A stretch of 64,000 bases of DNA from Eledone cirrhosa (taxonomy: Eukaryota), in contig OZ024743.1 in assembly GCA_964016885.1 (NCBI GenBank), positions 104,470,001 through 104,534,000 on the forward strand, given 5' to 3'. The translations under genes were made by a program, and so were the position numbers. The notes under the pieces were generated by a model. That model made no database searches, was not told the origin of the DNA, and worked only from the letters and a program-made list of their open reading frames with translations. The first letter of the stretch is position 1, and every line of letters begins with the position of its first letter. This document shows positions 51,182 to 64,000 of this stretch, in pieces.

Positions 51182-51900
51182 CAGGGTGCATCAGTCTTTT
51201 GAGGACACCTTTCTTGAGCTTTAACTTTCTAATTACTAATTTGTTTTTTTACATTTTTCAGATAAATAATGCCAGACATTAAATTGACTCAGCAAATGAA
51301 ATGTCATGCTGTAATTGTTGCCTTAAAAGCTCAGCATAGTGATACATTGATGGCTTCCTTCTGGGAAGTTGCCCAATCTTTTGTCATCAAAGTTGGAAAG
51401 GATCTGGAAGTTACTGACGGGATCCAACATTAGCAGCCAAGCGCAAAATTCATGCATAAGGACCTACTACAATCAGAACGCCTAAGTTTGTAAAATCAGT
51501 TAAAAAATGAATTGATAAAACCCCAGAAAAGTCAATCAGAGCCATCGCAAAGGACATTAAGGTTTCAGAATTCTCCATCAGAAGAGTTGTCCACGAAGAT
51601 ATCTGATACAAGTTGTATGTGACACGGAGAGGCCAGTTTATATTGGCTGTGACAAAAGAAAATCATTTGGTCCATGCAAAGCACTTACTGAATAAAATAA
51701 AACATCAAGAAGCTGGGATGCTTTGGGTCTTTTTTTGATCAGAAAAAACTTTAATCAGGACCAAAAGATAAACTGAAGGAACAATAGATGGCTAAGCAGA
51801 GACCCATATGAGGTTCCTACGGTCATCCACTCCAAATTTCCAGCAACTGTGATTGTTCTGGGTGTCATCAACAATGACCTAAAAAAACTGATGCACCCTG
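51182..51900 (+). mobile_element. Internally deleted Tc1/mariner (maT/DD37D-like) element
   Basis: TA|CAGGGTGCATCAGT ... ACTGATGCACCCTG|TA; relic frames ..QDQKIN*RNNRWLSRDPYEVPTVIHSKFPATVIVLG. Confidence 0.8.
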
Positions 51901-51989
51901 TATATAGGCTAGACTGTATAATGCTTGCATGGGAAATGTAATGCTATATGGTAGTGAGTCATGGGCTTCAACTGGAGAAAACCTAAGAA

Positions 51990-53465
51990 GGCTAGAAAGA
52001 AATGTAACAAGTATTATCTGTTGAATGTGTCATGTTAGTGTGTGTAAATGGCATAGCATAAGTGAACTGAGAGAAAAGCTTGGCAAAAGTGGAATTGGAT
52101 GTAGTGCGCAAAAGAGAAGGCTACATTGGTATGGACATATGATTCATCAGTAAGATGATAGCTGTGTTAAGAAGTACAGAGAAATGTCTGTAAATGGAAC
52201 TCTTGGAAGAGGCACACCCAAGAAGATGTGGGAAGAGGTAGTGAGGACTGACCTTAAGAAGCTGAATGTCACAAAAGAGATAAAGGATCATGAGTATGGT
52301 TGATGTGCTGTACTGGTGATGACCTGCCTATCACTAAAGACCTGATCCAGCCATCATCCCCACTATCTCCCGCAATCACCTCTTAGTAGCTATCTTCACT
52401 ATCACTGCACCCCAACAAAGCTTTCCTACTCCATCTCCCTACAAAACACCACACCATAGTAGCTATTCTTATCTACACTACACACACATATCGCTACTCT
52501 ATCCAAGATCACCTCCGTACCTCCTAAATTCTAATACCCACAATCTATCAAGGGTTAAATTCTACCTCCCACTCCACTCTAGGTTCCTTTCCTCAAAAAC
52601 TCTGGACATACCAGTTATAGGTCCAGAGTAGCTGCTATCCCCACATTACCCCTCCTCCACCATGCCCAAGGTCAGCCTTCCATTCCCGCACAGTACCCCA
52701 CTCACAATCAAATCCATCCAAACTTGGCATGCTCAGGTGACCTAAATACCACTTGTCTAAAGGGTAAAGATGGCTCTTCAGTTGAGTCAGTTACTGACAA
52801 CCTACCTAGTGCTGGTGATCTACAAGATAAATTCACCCTGTACACTCTATAATATGGTTGGTGAAAGGAAGAGCATCCTGCTGTAGAAAACTACCCCACC
52901 CCCCCTCCCCTAAAATAAAAGGGCTGGTAGCACTCTTCAGTTGTGTCATAGATATAATATCTTACATAGTGGCGGTGATCTACATCAGTGGGTCCAGCCT
53001 TTTTTATACCACGGACCGGCTTCATATCAAACAATCTTTCCGCAGACTGGTAGTTGCACATATTGTTATTTAAGTGCATTTCGATAAAAAGAGTAATCTA
53101 TTAAAGGGAAGAAAAAGTGTATAATCTTTTGACTCTCATGTAAATCTTTTAAAATAAAAGTCCAATATTCAATTTATCTATTATATAATTTTAAATTAAT
53201 TATTTCTTTACAGCCCAGTAGCAAATGATCTGTGGCTCGGTGGTTGGAGACCTCTGATCTACATGATAAACACACCTAGTATACTATGCAAAGTCGTTAG
53301 TGCTAGGAAGAGCATTGAGCCATAGAAAACCTGTCAAACAAATTTTCAGGAGGACTTTTCAGCTGTGTCAAAGACAACTTCCATTGTGTTGGTATCTCTA
53401 GACTCAGAATGTGACAACCCATCCAACCCATATCAGTGTGAAAAACACGTAAAATGATGATGATA
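51990..53465 (+). mobile_element. Old RTE 3' fragment and RTE-tailed SINE pieces
   Basis: ..RRLHWYGHM..GRGTPKKMWEEVV..DL..; tail motifs at ~52850 and 53280-53465. Confidence 0.6.
52986..53256. mobile_element. hAT (Charlie-like) MITE with perfect 8-bp TSD
   Basis: ATCTACAT|CAGTGGGTCCAGCC ... GGTTGGAGACCTCTG|ATCTACAT. Confidence 0.8.
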
Positions 53466-54539
53466 CTCACACACACATACACGCGTGCGTGCGTGCACAC
53501 GTTTTGTTTGTGCCAGTCGGAAGGCAATGATATCTTTCATACACTTTGTTTTCCATTTTTTTTACTACTTTGTTTCCTAGTAAGAATTTTATTTATAGTT
53601 ATTGGCACAACTAGAATAAGTGGCACTACCTTTTAGGACCCAAAATCACAAGAACCTCAATATGATAGCTGATGAAGAGAATTTTTATGTTTATATTAGT
53701 TTCTGTTATCCTCTGAGTTAATTTTCTTAACATCTAGTGCCTTTTATTTTTCATATTTATATTAATACGGCTAAACAGACATTGTACTATAATTTCATAT
53801 TTTTATTATCTGAGATTCTGATTACACACACGCACACACGTACATGCACACACACACACACACATCTTTTTGCTGCCTTGTTTTCCTTCCATCGCCCATC
53901 ACTTTCTTTCCTTTTTCTTTTCATTTCTCTCTCTCTTTCTCTCATTATCGTCTTTAATACTTTACCAGCAACAAGCTGGCTAACAAAACACCACCACGAC
54001 CAGTTCAACACCAACATGGACCCTCCCCCAACCACCGTATCATACCCCAAACCCAATTCTCTAATTCCATGATGTCATATATCAAATTAGGTCAAGCAAT
54101 TATTTGTTGTTTCTTAATTAAATCAGAACAACAACAACAAAACAACAACACCAGCATGCATAGCAAAAGTGATGGTGATGATGACGGTGATGGTTGTGAT
54201 GGCTGTTATGGTAATGGTTGTGGTGACTATTATAGTGATGGTAATAGTAATGACCATGGTGGTTGTGATGATAGTGGTGGTGTGGTGGTGGTGGTGGTGG
54301 TGATGGGGATAATGGTGATGGTGATCATGCTGGAGATGCTGATGACAGTGGAAATGTTGAGGATAATGGTAGTGATGATGATGATGATGGTGGTGGTGGT
54401 GATGATGATACTCAAAATGCTGATCATAATGATGGTGATGATGTAAAAACTGGTGATAGCAACATTATCAACAACAACTTGAACAATATCATTACCACCA
54501 CCATTACTAACAACAGCAACAATCAGTAACCTAACCAGC

Positions 54540-55720
54540 ACCATCATGAACAACAATACTACTACCACCACCACCACCAACAAACACATCAACAACAGAA
54601 CAATCACCACCACCACCACTAATATCACCAACAGCACCACCACTAACACCACCAACAGCAGCGCCAGCCTCACCACCACCATTGCCACCACCACCACCAC
54701 CACTAACACTGCCAACAGCAGCGCCAGCCTCACCACCACCACCACTAACACCGCCAACAGCAGCGCCAGCCTCACCACCACCATTGCCACCACCACCACC
54801 ACTAACACCGCCAACAGCAGCGCCAGCCTCACCACCACCACCACTAACACCGCCAACAGCAGCGCCAGCCTCACCACCACCATTGCCACCACCACCACCA
54901 CTAACACCTCCAACAGCAGCGCCAGCCTCACCACCACCATTGCCACCACCACTAACACCACCAACAGCAGCGCCAGCCTCACCACCACCATTGCCACCAC
55001 CACCACCACTAACACCGCCAACAGCAGCGCCAGCCTCACAACCACCATTGCCACGACCACCACCACTAACACTGCCAACAGCAGCGCCAGCCTCACAACC
55101 ACCATTGCCACGACCACCACCACTAACACTGCCAACAGCAGCGCCAGCCTCACCACCACCATTGCCACCACCACCACCACTAACACTGCCAACAGCAGCG
55201 CCAGCCTCACCACCACCATTGCCACCACCACCACCACTAACACTGCCAACAGCAGCGCCAGCCTCACCACCACCATTGCCACCACCACCACCACTAACAC
55301 TGCCAACAGCAGCGCCAGCCTCACCACCACCATTGCCACCACCACCACCACTAACACTGCCAACAGCAGCGCCAGCCTCACAACCACCATTGCCACGACC
55401 ACCACCACTAACACTGCCAACAGCAGCGCCAGCCTCACCACCACCATTGCCACCACCACCACCACTAACACTGCCAACAGCAGCGCCAGCCTCACAACCA
55501 CCACCACCAACAAAAATAACTACACCACCATTGCTACCACCGCAATGACCACCCCACTCCACCACCACTACCAACCCACTCCACCCCACCACTAACACCA
55601 CCAACAGCAGTGCCAGCCTCACCACCACCACCAACAAAAATAACTACACCACCACCAAAACGACCCCCCCCCCCCCCACCACCACCACCACAACCAGCAG
55701 CAGCAGCAACAACAACAGGC
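54540..55720. repeat. 36-54-bp ACC-rich minisatellite (mostly 51 bp)
   Basis: 'aacagcagcgccagcctcaccaccaccattgccaccaccaccaccactaacactgcc' ~18 times; open in multiple frames on both strands. Confidence 0.95.
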
Positions 55721-55794
55721 ACCTAATCAAACATGAAGGAACAATAAAAGATATCTTATTCTAAGAAATTTCCGGACAGTAATTGGAAATGTGA

Positions 55795-56735
55795 TGGTGG
55801 TAATGGTAGTGGTGGTGTTGGTAGTGGTGGTGTTGGTGAGTTGATGGCGGTAATGGTAGTGGTGGTGTTGGTGAGTTGATGGTGTTAATGGTAGTGGTGG
55901 TGTTGGTGAGTTGATGGTGTTAATGGTAGTGGTGGTGTTGGTGAGTTGATGGTGGTAATGGTAGTGGTGGTGTTGGTGAGTTGATGGTGGTAATGGTAGT
56001 GGTGGTGTTGGTGAGTTGATGGTGGTAATGGTAGTGGAGGTGTTGGTGAGTTGATGGTGGTAATGGTAGTGGAGGTGTTGGTGAGTTGAAGGTGGTAATG
56101 GTAGTGGTGGTGTTGGTGAGTTGATGGTGGTAATGATAGTGGTGGTGTTGGTGAGTTGATGGTGGTAATGGTAGTGGTGGTGTTGGTGAGTTGATGGTGG
56201 TAATGGTAGTGGAGGTGTTGGTGAGTTGATGGTGGTAATGGTAGTGGTGGTGTTGGTGAGTTGATGGTGGTAATGGTAGTGGTGGTGTTGGTGAGTTGAT
56301 GTTGGTAATGATAGTGGTGGTGTTGGTGAGTTGATGGTGGTAATGGTAGTGGTGGTGTTGGTGAGTTGATGGTGGTAATGGTAGTGGAGGTGTTGGTGAG
56401 TTGAAGGTGGTAATGGTAGTGGAGGTGTTGGTGAGTTGATGGTGGTAATGGTAGTGGAGGTGTTGGTGAGTTGATGTTGGTAATGATAGTGGTGGTGTTG
56501 GTGAGTTGATGGTGGTAATGGTAGTGGTGGTGTTGGTGAGTTGATGGTGGTAATGGTAGTGGTGGTGTTGGTGAGTTGATGGTGGTACTGGTAGTGGTTG
56601 TGTTGGTGAGTTGATGGTGGTAGTGGTGGTGTTGGTGAGTTGATGGTGGTAATGGTAGTGGTGGTGTTGGTGAGTTGATGGTGGTAATGGTAGTGGTGGT
56701 GTTGGTGAGTTGATGGTGGTAATGGTAGTGGTTGT
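55795..56735. repeat. 30-bp minisatellite
   Basis: 'gtgagttgatggtggtaatggtagtggtggtgttg'-type units ~30 times. Confidence 0.95.
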
Positions 56736-58517
56736 GATGTGGTGGTAAAAATAGTGGTGGAAGTGGTTGTGGTGGGGGAGATGATGATTTTGTTGGTGGT
56801 CATATATATATAGCGGATGTAAAAAAAAACCAAATATATATATATATATAAATATATATATAGTGGAGTAAAAAAAAATATATATATAAATATAACAAAG
56901 GAAGTGTGGTAAGAAAACAGGTGGACCATAACGCACCAGAGTACTCAGAAATAGCTGTCGAAACGGCTTGAGCTCTGACATCGGGGTCTTGAACATTTTC
57001 CTATATATAAATATATATATATATATATTATATTTATTGTGTGTGTGTATAGATTTGGAGCGACAATATGTCTAGTTAATTAACTTGTCTTTTTGTTTTA
57101 TTTTCACGTAGTCACCTTTCATCTGTGAAAGGACACACAACACCATGTCTTCTCTGTAAATTTCTCAGATATTGCAAATGGTAGATCAGTATAAACCTGC
57201 TAAATGAATGACACCATGCCCTCTCTGTAAACTTCTCAATTATTACAAATGTTACACCATGTTCTCTCTGTAACCTTTCCAAATGAAACAGATGTTAAAC
57301 CATTATAGCTTTTGAAGGACTCCATGTTCATTCTGTAAACTTCACAAATATTACAGATACAAAACATCGTAATATCAGATGTGAGACATCACAATGTTAT
57401 GATGATTAGGTGTGGTATTTGTTCCAGCTTTTTATGTTTTGAGTTCAAATCCATTGAGGTCAACTTTCCTATTACCAGTGTTGATAAAAATTACGTGACA
57501 GCCAGCTACTGGGAGTGGAGGATGATATAATCAAGTTACCCCTTCCTTCAAATTGTTGACCTCGTTCCTAAATTAGAAACTTCTATATAACATATCTAAA
57601 ACTGGCTTGTTCTTCTTTAGTAACACAAAATACCTTTACCACAGAAGGATTTCTGACAAATTATCTGCAATTCACAGGTGTGGTTCATGTTAGATTACTA
57701 CTCATGTATGTGTGACACAACAACTGCTATAAACATATTTTTTTCGGTGGTTGCTTCCTTTTAATCCCTGACATTAGCTAATGAGGAGTGGGTGGACTTT
57801 ATACTGTCCTTAGACCTGCTAGAAATAGCAGTGACATCTTTCTCAAATTACACCTTACCCTCTTAAATAGATGTGGTTCTTAGTCAACTTAAAATAAACA
57901 TTTAAGTCTGCCTCCATAAAAGACCATCTGACTAATTTCCAAACATTCACACTGAAGCACACTACAAGAGATGTGCATAAATTTCACACTACCAAGGACT
58001 CCTTTTACTTAAATGAGTTCCCCTTGGGTCCTTCTCTTTAAGTACTACTCATATATATATATATATGACATAATAATCATAAACCTATGACATAACAACT
58101 GCTACATGTGTAAATATCTTAGTCAGCATCCACGAAAAAGACCATCTAACTGATTGCTATTCAACTAGTACCACACTACAACAGATGTTCCCAAAGACCC
58201 TTTTAGTTAAATGAATTCTCCTATGGACCCATCCCACAACTTTAATTCCTCCCCTCTCTGATTGTTTTTCGTTTATCTCATGTTAGATCAGTATAGTGTT
58301 TGGAAAGACAGATGACACCATGTCCTCTCTGTAAAATTCTGAAATATTACTGATGCTGGAGATCATTATTGTTAAGAACCAATGCACTACAGCCATTAAA
58401 TTTCCTCTGTCTCTTCTACCATGATTTAATCTGTTTTTCTTTTTCTGAGCTGGCCAACTGTATACCAGGCCTGAGTAACTAATGGATGGCATTTGAGTGA
58501 AATTAAGGGTATCTATG

Positions 58518-59750
58518 TACCAGGATCGACTGAAAAGTTCATAGGCTGACGAAGATACTCTCATGGACTGTGACCAAATGTGGTTTATTTTTCAAAATAG
58601 TCCCTCTTGCGGTAAACGCACTTCTTCCATCAGTATTACAGTACTCGGATCTCATTGGTGAAGAAGCTTTCATCCTGTTGGTAAAAAAAGTCATCACAGT
58701 AGATATGATGTTATCATTATTGCCATACTGGTGCCCAGCCAAGTGATTTTTCATGTTGGATGTTAGGGAACATATGATAATCAGATGGGGAAAAATCAGG
58801 AGAATAGGGAGGGTGATCAACCAGTTCAAAGCCACAGTCATGCATAGCAACCATTGAAACCAAGGACAAGTGTGCTGGAGCATTGTCCGCATAAAACAAA
58901 ACCCCTTTCATCAGTTTCTCTTGGCATTCGGTCTTGATAACCTTTTGTAACTGCCTTACCCAGCTGGCATAGTACTTTCCATTGATGGTGTGGCCTGTTT
59001 AAAGATATTCAATAAACACAATGCCTTTTGCCTTCCAAAAAAAAAACCTAAGGATATTACCTTCTCTGCAGATGAAACAACCATGGCCTTCTTTGGAGCA
59101 GGTGAAGAAGGTCGTTTCTACTGCATGAATTGTCTCTTTGTCTCTGGCTCAAAGCGATGAACTCAACACTCTTCCTGAGTTAGAAAACGTTCAAGGTAAC
59201 TAGCTGGTGTAATCAGCCTCATGCACTTTTGATCAGGTGTCAGAAGACATGGCATCCACCAAGCAAAAATCTTTATCATGCCAAGTTCATTGTGCAGAAT
59301 ATTCTCAACTCTCTCACAGGATATGCTAATAGCATTGGCTATTTGATTTATAGTCAATTGCCTGTCATCCATCACTATATGCTGATCATGATCAATGGTT
59401 TCTTCAGTGATGGTAGTTGCAGGACCTCCATACCTTGGGCCATCTTCCTCCTTCCCCCTCCTAATTTCAGCTGCATACTTTTAACCTGTTATTAAAGCTG
59501 GAGCATCATCCCCTAATGTAGCAACCATGTCAGCATGAATGTCCTTGAGGGCTAAACCCTTTTTCTGTAGGTACTTGATAACACCACGATGCTAAATTTT
59601 GTCCATTTTTCAAGAGAAGTCACTGCTAGTTCTGACATCTTCTTTGAACAGTCAGATATCAGTTTACCTGAAAAGAAGCAATGCAGTTATCAATAAAAAG
59701 AGATGAAATGAATGCATGCAAGATTTCACAGCTTTAGCATCATTCATGTA
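58518..59750 (-). mobile_element. Decayed mariner transposon
   Basis: DNAPAH, HPPYSPDFSPSDY, DRQLTINQIA..IS..ILHNELGM.K..AWWMP..LTPDQK; many frameshifts. Confidence 0.88.
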
Positions 59751-59802
59751 TATATATATAATAGTGATAATGATGATAATATATATATATATATATATAT
59801 AT

Positions 59803-60225
59803 ATACGTGTGTATGCCCCGTCTTGCTTAGACTCCACAGCAGCTCTGAAGAAATTCCTTTTCAGTTTGGCCGGCAGGTTTGATTTCCATATCTTTTCCAT
59901 GCTGCTTTAAACGTGTCTTGGAGGGAACACCCAACAAATAAGGATCTCTATGGCAATATACCACCTATCAGCAGGTCAATATGTGGACAGAGACTCAGAT
60001 TTGCTGGCCACTGTTGGCGCAGCAAGGAAGAAATAGCAGGTGATGTGTTGTTATGGAGTCCATCTCATGGAGCAAGAAACGCTGGTCGTCCCAAGAAGAC
60101 ATACGCCAAGCAACTTGAGGACGATACTGGATGCACTGCGGAAGAACTAGCAAACGCTATGAGAGACAGATGGTTGGGGGAAGCGTGTCGTAGAAAGCCG
60201 AGCAAGCTCGACCTGATGTTGATAT
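59803..60225 (+). mobile_element. RTEX-like LINE 3' fragment with 5' inversion
   Basis: Minus 59803-59900 encodes KIWKSNL..FFRAAVES..DGAYTR. Plus from ~59901 encodes AALNVSWREHPTN..QRLRFAGHCWR..GRPKKTY. Confidence 0.8.
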
Positions 60226-60261
60226 ATATATACCAATGCTCTAACCACTAAGCCATGTTGG

Positions 60262-60590
60262 CACATGGCTTAGTGGTTAGAGCATTGGCCTTGCAATCGA
60301 AAGGTTGTGAGTTCATTTCTAAGAGTGGGTGATGTGTTGTTTCCTTGAGCAAGACACTTTATTTCACATTGCTCCAGTTTACTCAGCTGTAGAAATGAGA
60401 TGATAGGGACTGGGGTCCATATCATTCCACTGCAAAGTGGTCGTGGAGGTGCCACGGAAAAAAAGCACCCAGCACTCACTGTAAATGAGGTTGGTGTCAG
60501 GAAGGGCATCCAGCTGTAGAAATCAAGCCAGAATCAGTTCCCGTCCCACTCTTGCAAGCAGGGAAAAGCGGACGTAAAATGGTGATGATA
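60262..60590 (+). mobile_element. tRNA-derived SINE with CORE/V-like middle and RTE-type tail
   Basis: TGGCTTAGTGGTTAGAGC A-box, GTGAGTTCA B-box, 'tccttgagcaagacact', tail 'ggaagggcatccagctgtagaa..ggacgtaaaatggtgatgat'. Confidence 0.75.
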
Positions 60591-60595
60591 TATAT

Positions 60596-60905
60596 ATAAA
60601 TGTAATCTGAGTTTTTTGAATATTAATAACAACATTCGATTCGTTTGCAATTTTGCAAACAAGCCTCAATTTTATAGCCATGTCAGTAGAATGAACACTT
60701 CATTCTTGCTCTTGTGTTGGCATGCGAACATGCAGTTCTGTTTGCATGCCAACACAAGAGCAAGAATGAAGTGTTCATTCTACAGACATGGCTATAAAAT
60801 TGACGCTTGTTTGCAAAATTGCAAACGAATCGAATGTTATTATTAATATTAAAAAAACTCAGATTACATTTATTGTATTCAGCCATGTAGAGCGAAATTT
60901 TCTTA
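60596..60905. repeat. 278-bp palindrome plus short tail in (TA)n
   Basis: Arms 60596-~60730 and ~60739-60873 with few mismatches. Confidence 0.8.
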
Positions 60906-60982
60906 TATATATATATATATATATTTCACTGCTATAGAATCACTCCTTCATAGCCCCCAATTAACATTTCAGCCCACCCACG

Positions 60983-61260
60983 TACCAGGACTGGGTAACT
61001 AATATATAACACTTGAGTTACAATGGGGGGTATCTATGTATCTGGACTGGGTAACTGGTGTGACCCTTGAGTCACAATGGGGGGAGGGGGGGTATCTATG
61101 TACCAGGACTGGGTAACTAATATTTGACACTTGAATCTCATTGTGTGTATCTATATACTAGGCCTGCGTGATTAACTAGGGGTACTTGAGCCACATTGGG
61201 GGGTCTCTAAATACCAGGCCTGAGTAACTGATGAGTGGCACTTGAGTCATATTGAGGCCC
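60983..61260. repeat. ~55-bp diverged tandem repeat
   Basis: 'taccaggactgggtaacta..cttgagtcacaatggggggtatctatg' ~5 times; another unit at 58462-58520. Confidence 0.7.
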
Positions 61261-61277
61261 TCTGTGACTCTCTACAT

Positions 61278-61615
61278 CAGTGCTTCTCAAACTATCTGAT
61301 GTGACGGACCGGCATTTTTTTTTTCAATGTGCCACGTACCGCTAATATTTCGTAGTAATATTAATTTATACCGGAAACGATATATATAATGAATATAATA
61401 AAAGTTGACCATTTTTTTATCTTCTATTTATTTTGTAAACAAATAATACAATATCAAAACATATAAAAAAGCAATAAAAAAATAACAAGCAGTTTATTAA
61501 CACAAAAATAAAAATTATATAACCTTAATCTTTACTAGTATGAAAGGCCGCGTCCCGGTAGCTGATGGCTCGCGTACCGGCACCGGTCCGCGGACCATCA
61601 CTTTGAGTAGCACTG
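61278..61615. mobile_element. hAT (Charlie-like) MITE
   Basis: CAGTGCTTCTCAAA / TTTGAGTAGCACTG; flanks ctctacat / cgttacat. Confidence 0.8.
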
Positions 61616-62558
61616 CGTTACATGATATCTATAATGACATGATATTACTTTTTACTGAAGTTTTATAACACAATCCTATTTATGTGTCTCTGTTGCCTTC
61701 TATCCCTCTCTACTCCATTTTCTCCCCTTGTCTTTCTCTTTCTCACTTCTCCCTATTTCTCTCTCTTTCCCCAATTCCTCTTCGACCCTCTTTCTTTCTC
61801 TTCTCAACTCTTCTCCCACACTGTTTCAGTTTCTCTCTCTGTGCCAGTCTTTTTCTCCTCTCTCTGTCTCTCAATACCCTCACTATCTCATTAAATCTCT
61901 CTATCTCCCTCCATATCTCTCTTTCTGTCTGTCCCTCTCTCTCTCTCCTACCACATCTCCCGTCCTGTCATCTCTCTCTCTCTTTCTCCCCTACCGCATC
62001 TCCCGTCACCTCTCTCTCTCTCTCTTTCTCCACTACTGCATCTCCCATCATCATCTCTCTCTTTCTCCCCTACCGCATTTTTCGCCATCTCTCTCTCTTC
62101 CCTCCCGCATCTCCCGTCATCCCTCTCCACATGTCTCCCGACTCTCTCAATATTTCCTCTACAGGGAGGAAATATCTGAAGACATGCTATAGAGTATCAA
62201 GGAACAGTTCTGTCTTGTTGTCTCTCTGTTGAGAGTAGAAGGTGGCAGATACATTACGATTGTGTTTATAATCTTCCATCTGTTTATATGTGTTATTTAG
62301 TAAAATGACAGCATGACGTTGACCGATATATAAAAAAATATATTTTAGATGATACACTCTAAAAGGACATAGACATTTCTACTGTTTAGCTAGCATATTT
62401 CTTGCATGATGTATACTTTTTAATAAATCCAGGGTATATTTTAAGGAAAGTTTAGGATGGCACATGTCTTTGAAGCAGGTGCCATGATGCAATGATATAT
62501 TCTATGAGTCTGAGAAACATTTGTAATATAATGGGGTTATTTTGACATTTTATGAATG

Positions 62559-62778
62559 TTTAACCTTTCAGCATTTAAACTGGCCATAATTCTCTCACTT
62601 CATTCTGTTCAAACCAGTCATAACTTGTCACTCATACTGAAGTTAAAGCATTGTTCTCAAAATAAATAAGATCAAAATCTCATAGATTCCATATTATGGG
62701 AAATAAGTAAGTGAGGGAAAGCCTGTACCACGAAAATACAATAGTATATACAGAGTAATGTAAATGCTAAAGGGTTAA
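62559..62778. mobile_element. piggyBac-like MITE
   Basis: TTAACCTTTCAGCA...TGCTAAAGGGTTAA; a related host repeat lacking the insert lies at ~24450-24630. Confidence 0.75.
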
Positions 62779-63242
62779 AGTCTTTTATCCGTCATTTACC
62801 ATGTAAGTGCATGTAGTATTTGATAGAAAATATAAATTTACTGCAGAAAATTACATCTAGAAGTACAGAAGCATGTGTGAACGACAGAAAATTAGATTTA
62901 CATTTACAACTACACAAACAGGTGTCAACTGCAGAAATTAGATTTACAACTACACAAGCGGGGATCAAATATGATGTTAAAATATTAACCGATTAAGTTG
63001 TTAATAATGAGCATAAGGCATTTCAAAGGTTTGAATACAAAATGGTTTTGAAAACGGTTATTATTTTATTATTTTTGTTTATCATGTATTAAAATAATAA
63101 TTGTCACAGCTTTAGAAAAGAGTACGGACATATGGTCCTATATTCAATTACTTGTGTATATAAAAAAAATAAAATCGCACGCGCACACACACACACACAC
63201 ACAGAGGACCTTGAGATTGGAAAGTGAACTTATTGTAGTAAA

Positions 63243-63552
63243 ATGGAGCTAAAGGCGAGTGAGGCACTGTCTCCTGGAGCAGATACAAACTATGCAGTGT
63301 GGAAATGCCTAAACAAACTAAGATCTGGTGTTGGACGTGCAAAAGTGACTCATGCAAAATGGGGATACTTAAAGGATGGAGACGTTGTGTGTGACTGCGG
63401 CATCGAACCACAGATTATGCAGCACCTCCTGCGGCCACACTCCTGTACAGTATTGAACATGGCAAAGTTGAAAGGACAGCAATGTGTTCAGGTGTGGAGG
63501 AACCACATCTAGCCAAGCTCTGTAACTGTCACTGTTATGGACATGACAAGTA
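63243..63552 (+). mobile_element. Ingi/Vingi-like LINE 3' end
   Basis: WKCLNKLRSGVGR...KWGY...CDCG.EPQIMQHLL resembles the C-terminal zinc-finger region of Vingi-type LINEs (from recall). Confidence 0.6.
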
Positions 63553-63659
63553 AAATGACTTGGTCGCTACAGAAGTAGAAGATTGAATATTATTGTTTTT
63601 TGTAACTAAAACCAGACCTGGTGTTGTTGTCAGTGTGGTCATAGATGTCGTTATCAACA

Positions 63660-64000
63660 TCGTCAATGGTTTTGTTGTTGTCGTTAATGTCAACGCCGTC
63701 ATCAATGTTGTTGTTCTTGTCAATGTCGTCATCATATTTGTTGTTCTTGTCAATGTCGTTATTATATTTGTTGTTGCTATCAACACTGTCATCATATTTG
63801 TTGTTCTTGTCAACATCGTCCCCGTTGTTGTTATTCTTGTCAATGTTGTCACCATATTTGTTTTTGCTGTCAATATCGTCATCGTTGTTGTTGTTCTTGT
63901 CAAAGTCGTCATTATATTTGTTGTTGCTATCAATATCGTCATCGTTGTTGTTCTTGTCAAAGTCGTCATCACATTTGTTGTTGCTGTCAATATCGTCATC
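63660..64000. repeat. 27-30-bp minisatellite, runs off window
   Basis: 'gtcatcatatttgttgttcttgtcaat' units. Confidence 0.9.

Noticed and set aside
54230-56996. Long mucin-, glycine-, proline- or histidine-rich ORFs (288-427 aa)
   Set aside because: They are minisatellites with unit lengths divisible by 3, open in several frames on both strands, with no splice or domain context.
60262-60335. tRNA gene
   Set aside because: tRNA-like head lacks a proper acceptor stem and continues into a SINE body and tail.

Overview
AT-rich, microsatellite-laden animal DNA. The repeat content suggests a cephalopod mollusc such as octopus, but this is inference. No confidently identifiable host gene is present; the window is almost entirely mobile elements and satellites. 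It contains a near-intact L1/Tx1-clade LINE embedded in (GATA)n, several decayed RTE, RTEX, R4-like and Vingi-like LINE pieces, a Penelope-like (GIY-YIG) remnant, Merlin, mariner and maT transposase relics, a non-autonomous Helitron, hAT and piggyBac MITEs, and many tRNA-derived SINEs. The main structure the ORF track misses is about a dozen type-I hammerhead ribozyme motifs, read by eye. They lie in a 591-bp tandem 'retrozyme'-like repeat, in long near-perfect palindromes inserted in (TA)n, and in Penelope-type termini. Several carry a compensatory U3-A8 core, greatly extended stem II helices and palindromic (dimer-type) stem III. Most long low-complexity ORFs in the track are satellite artefacts.
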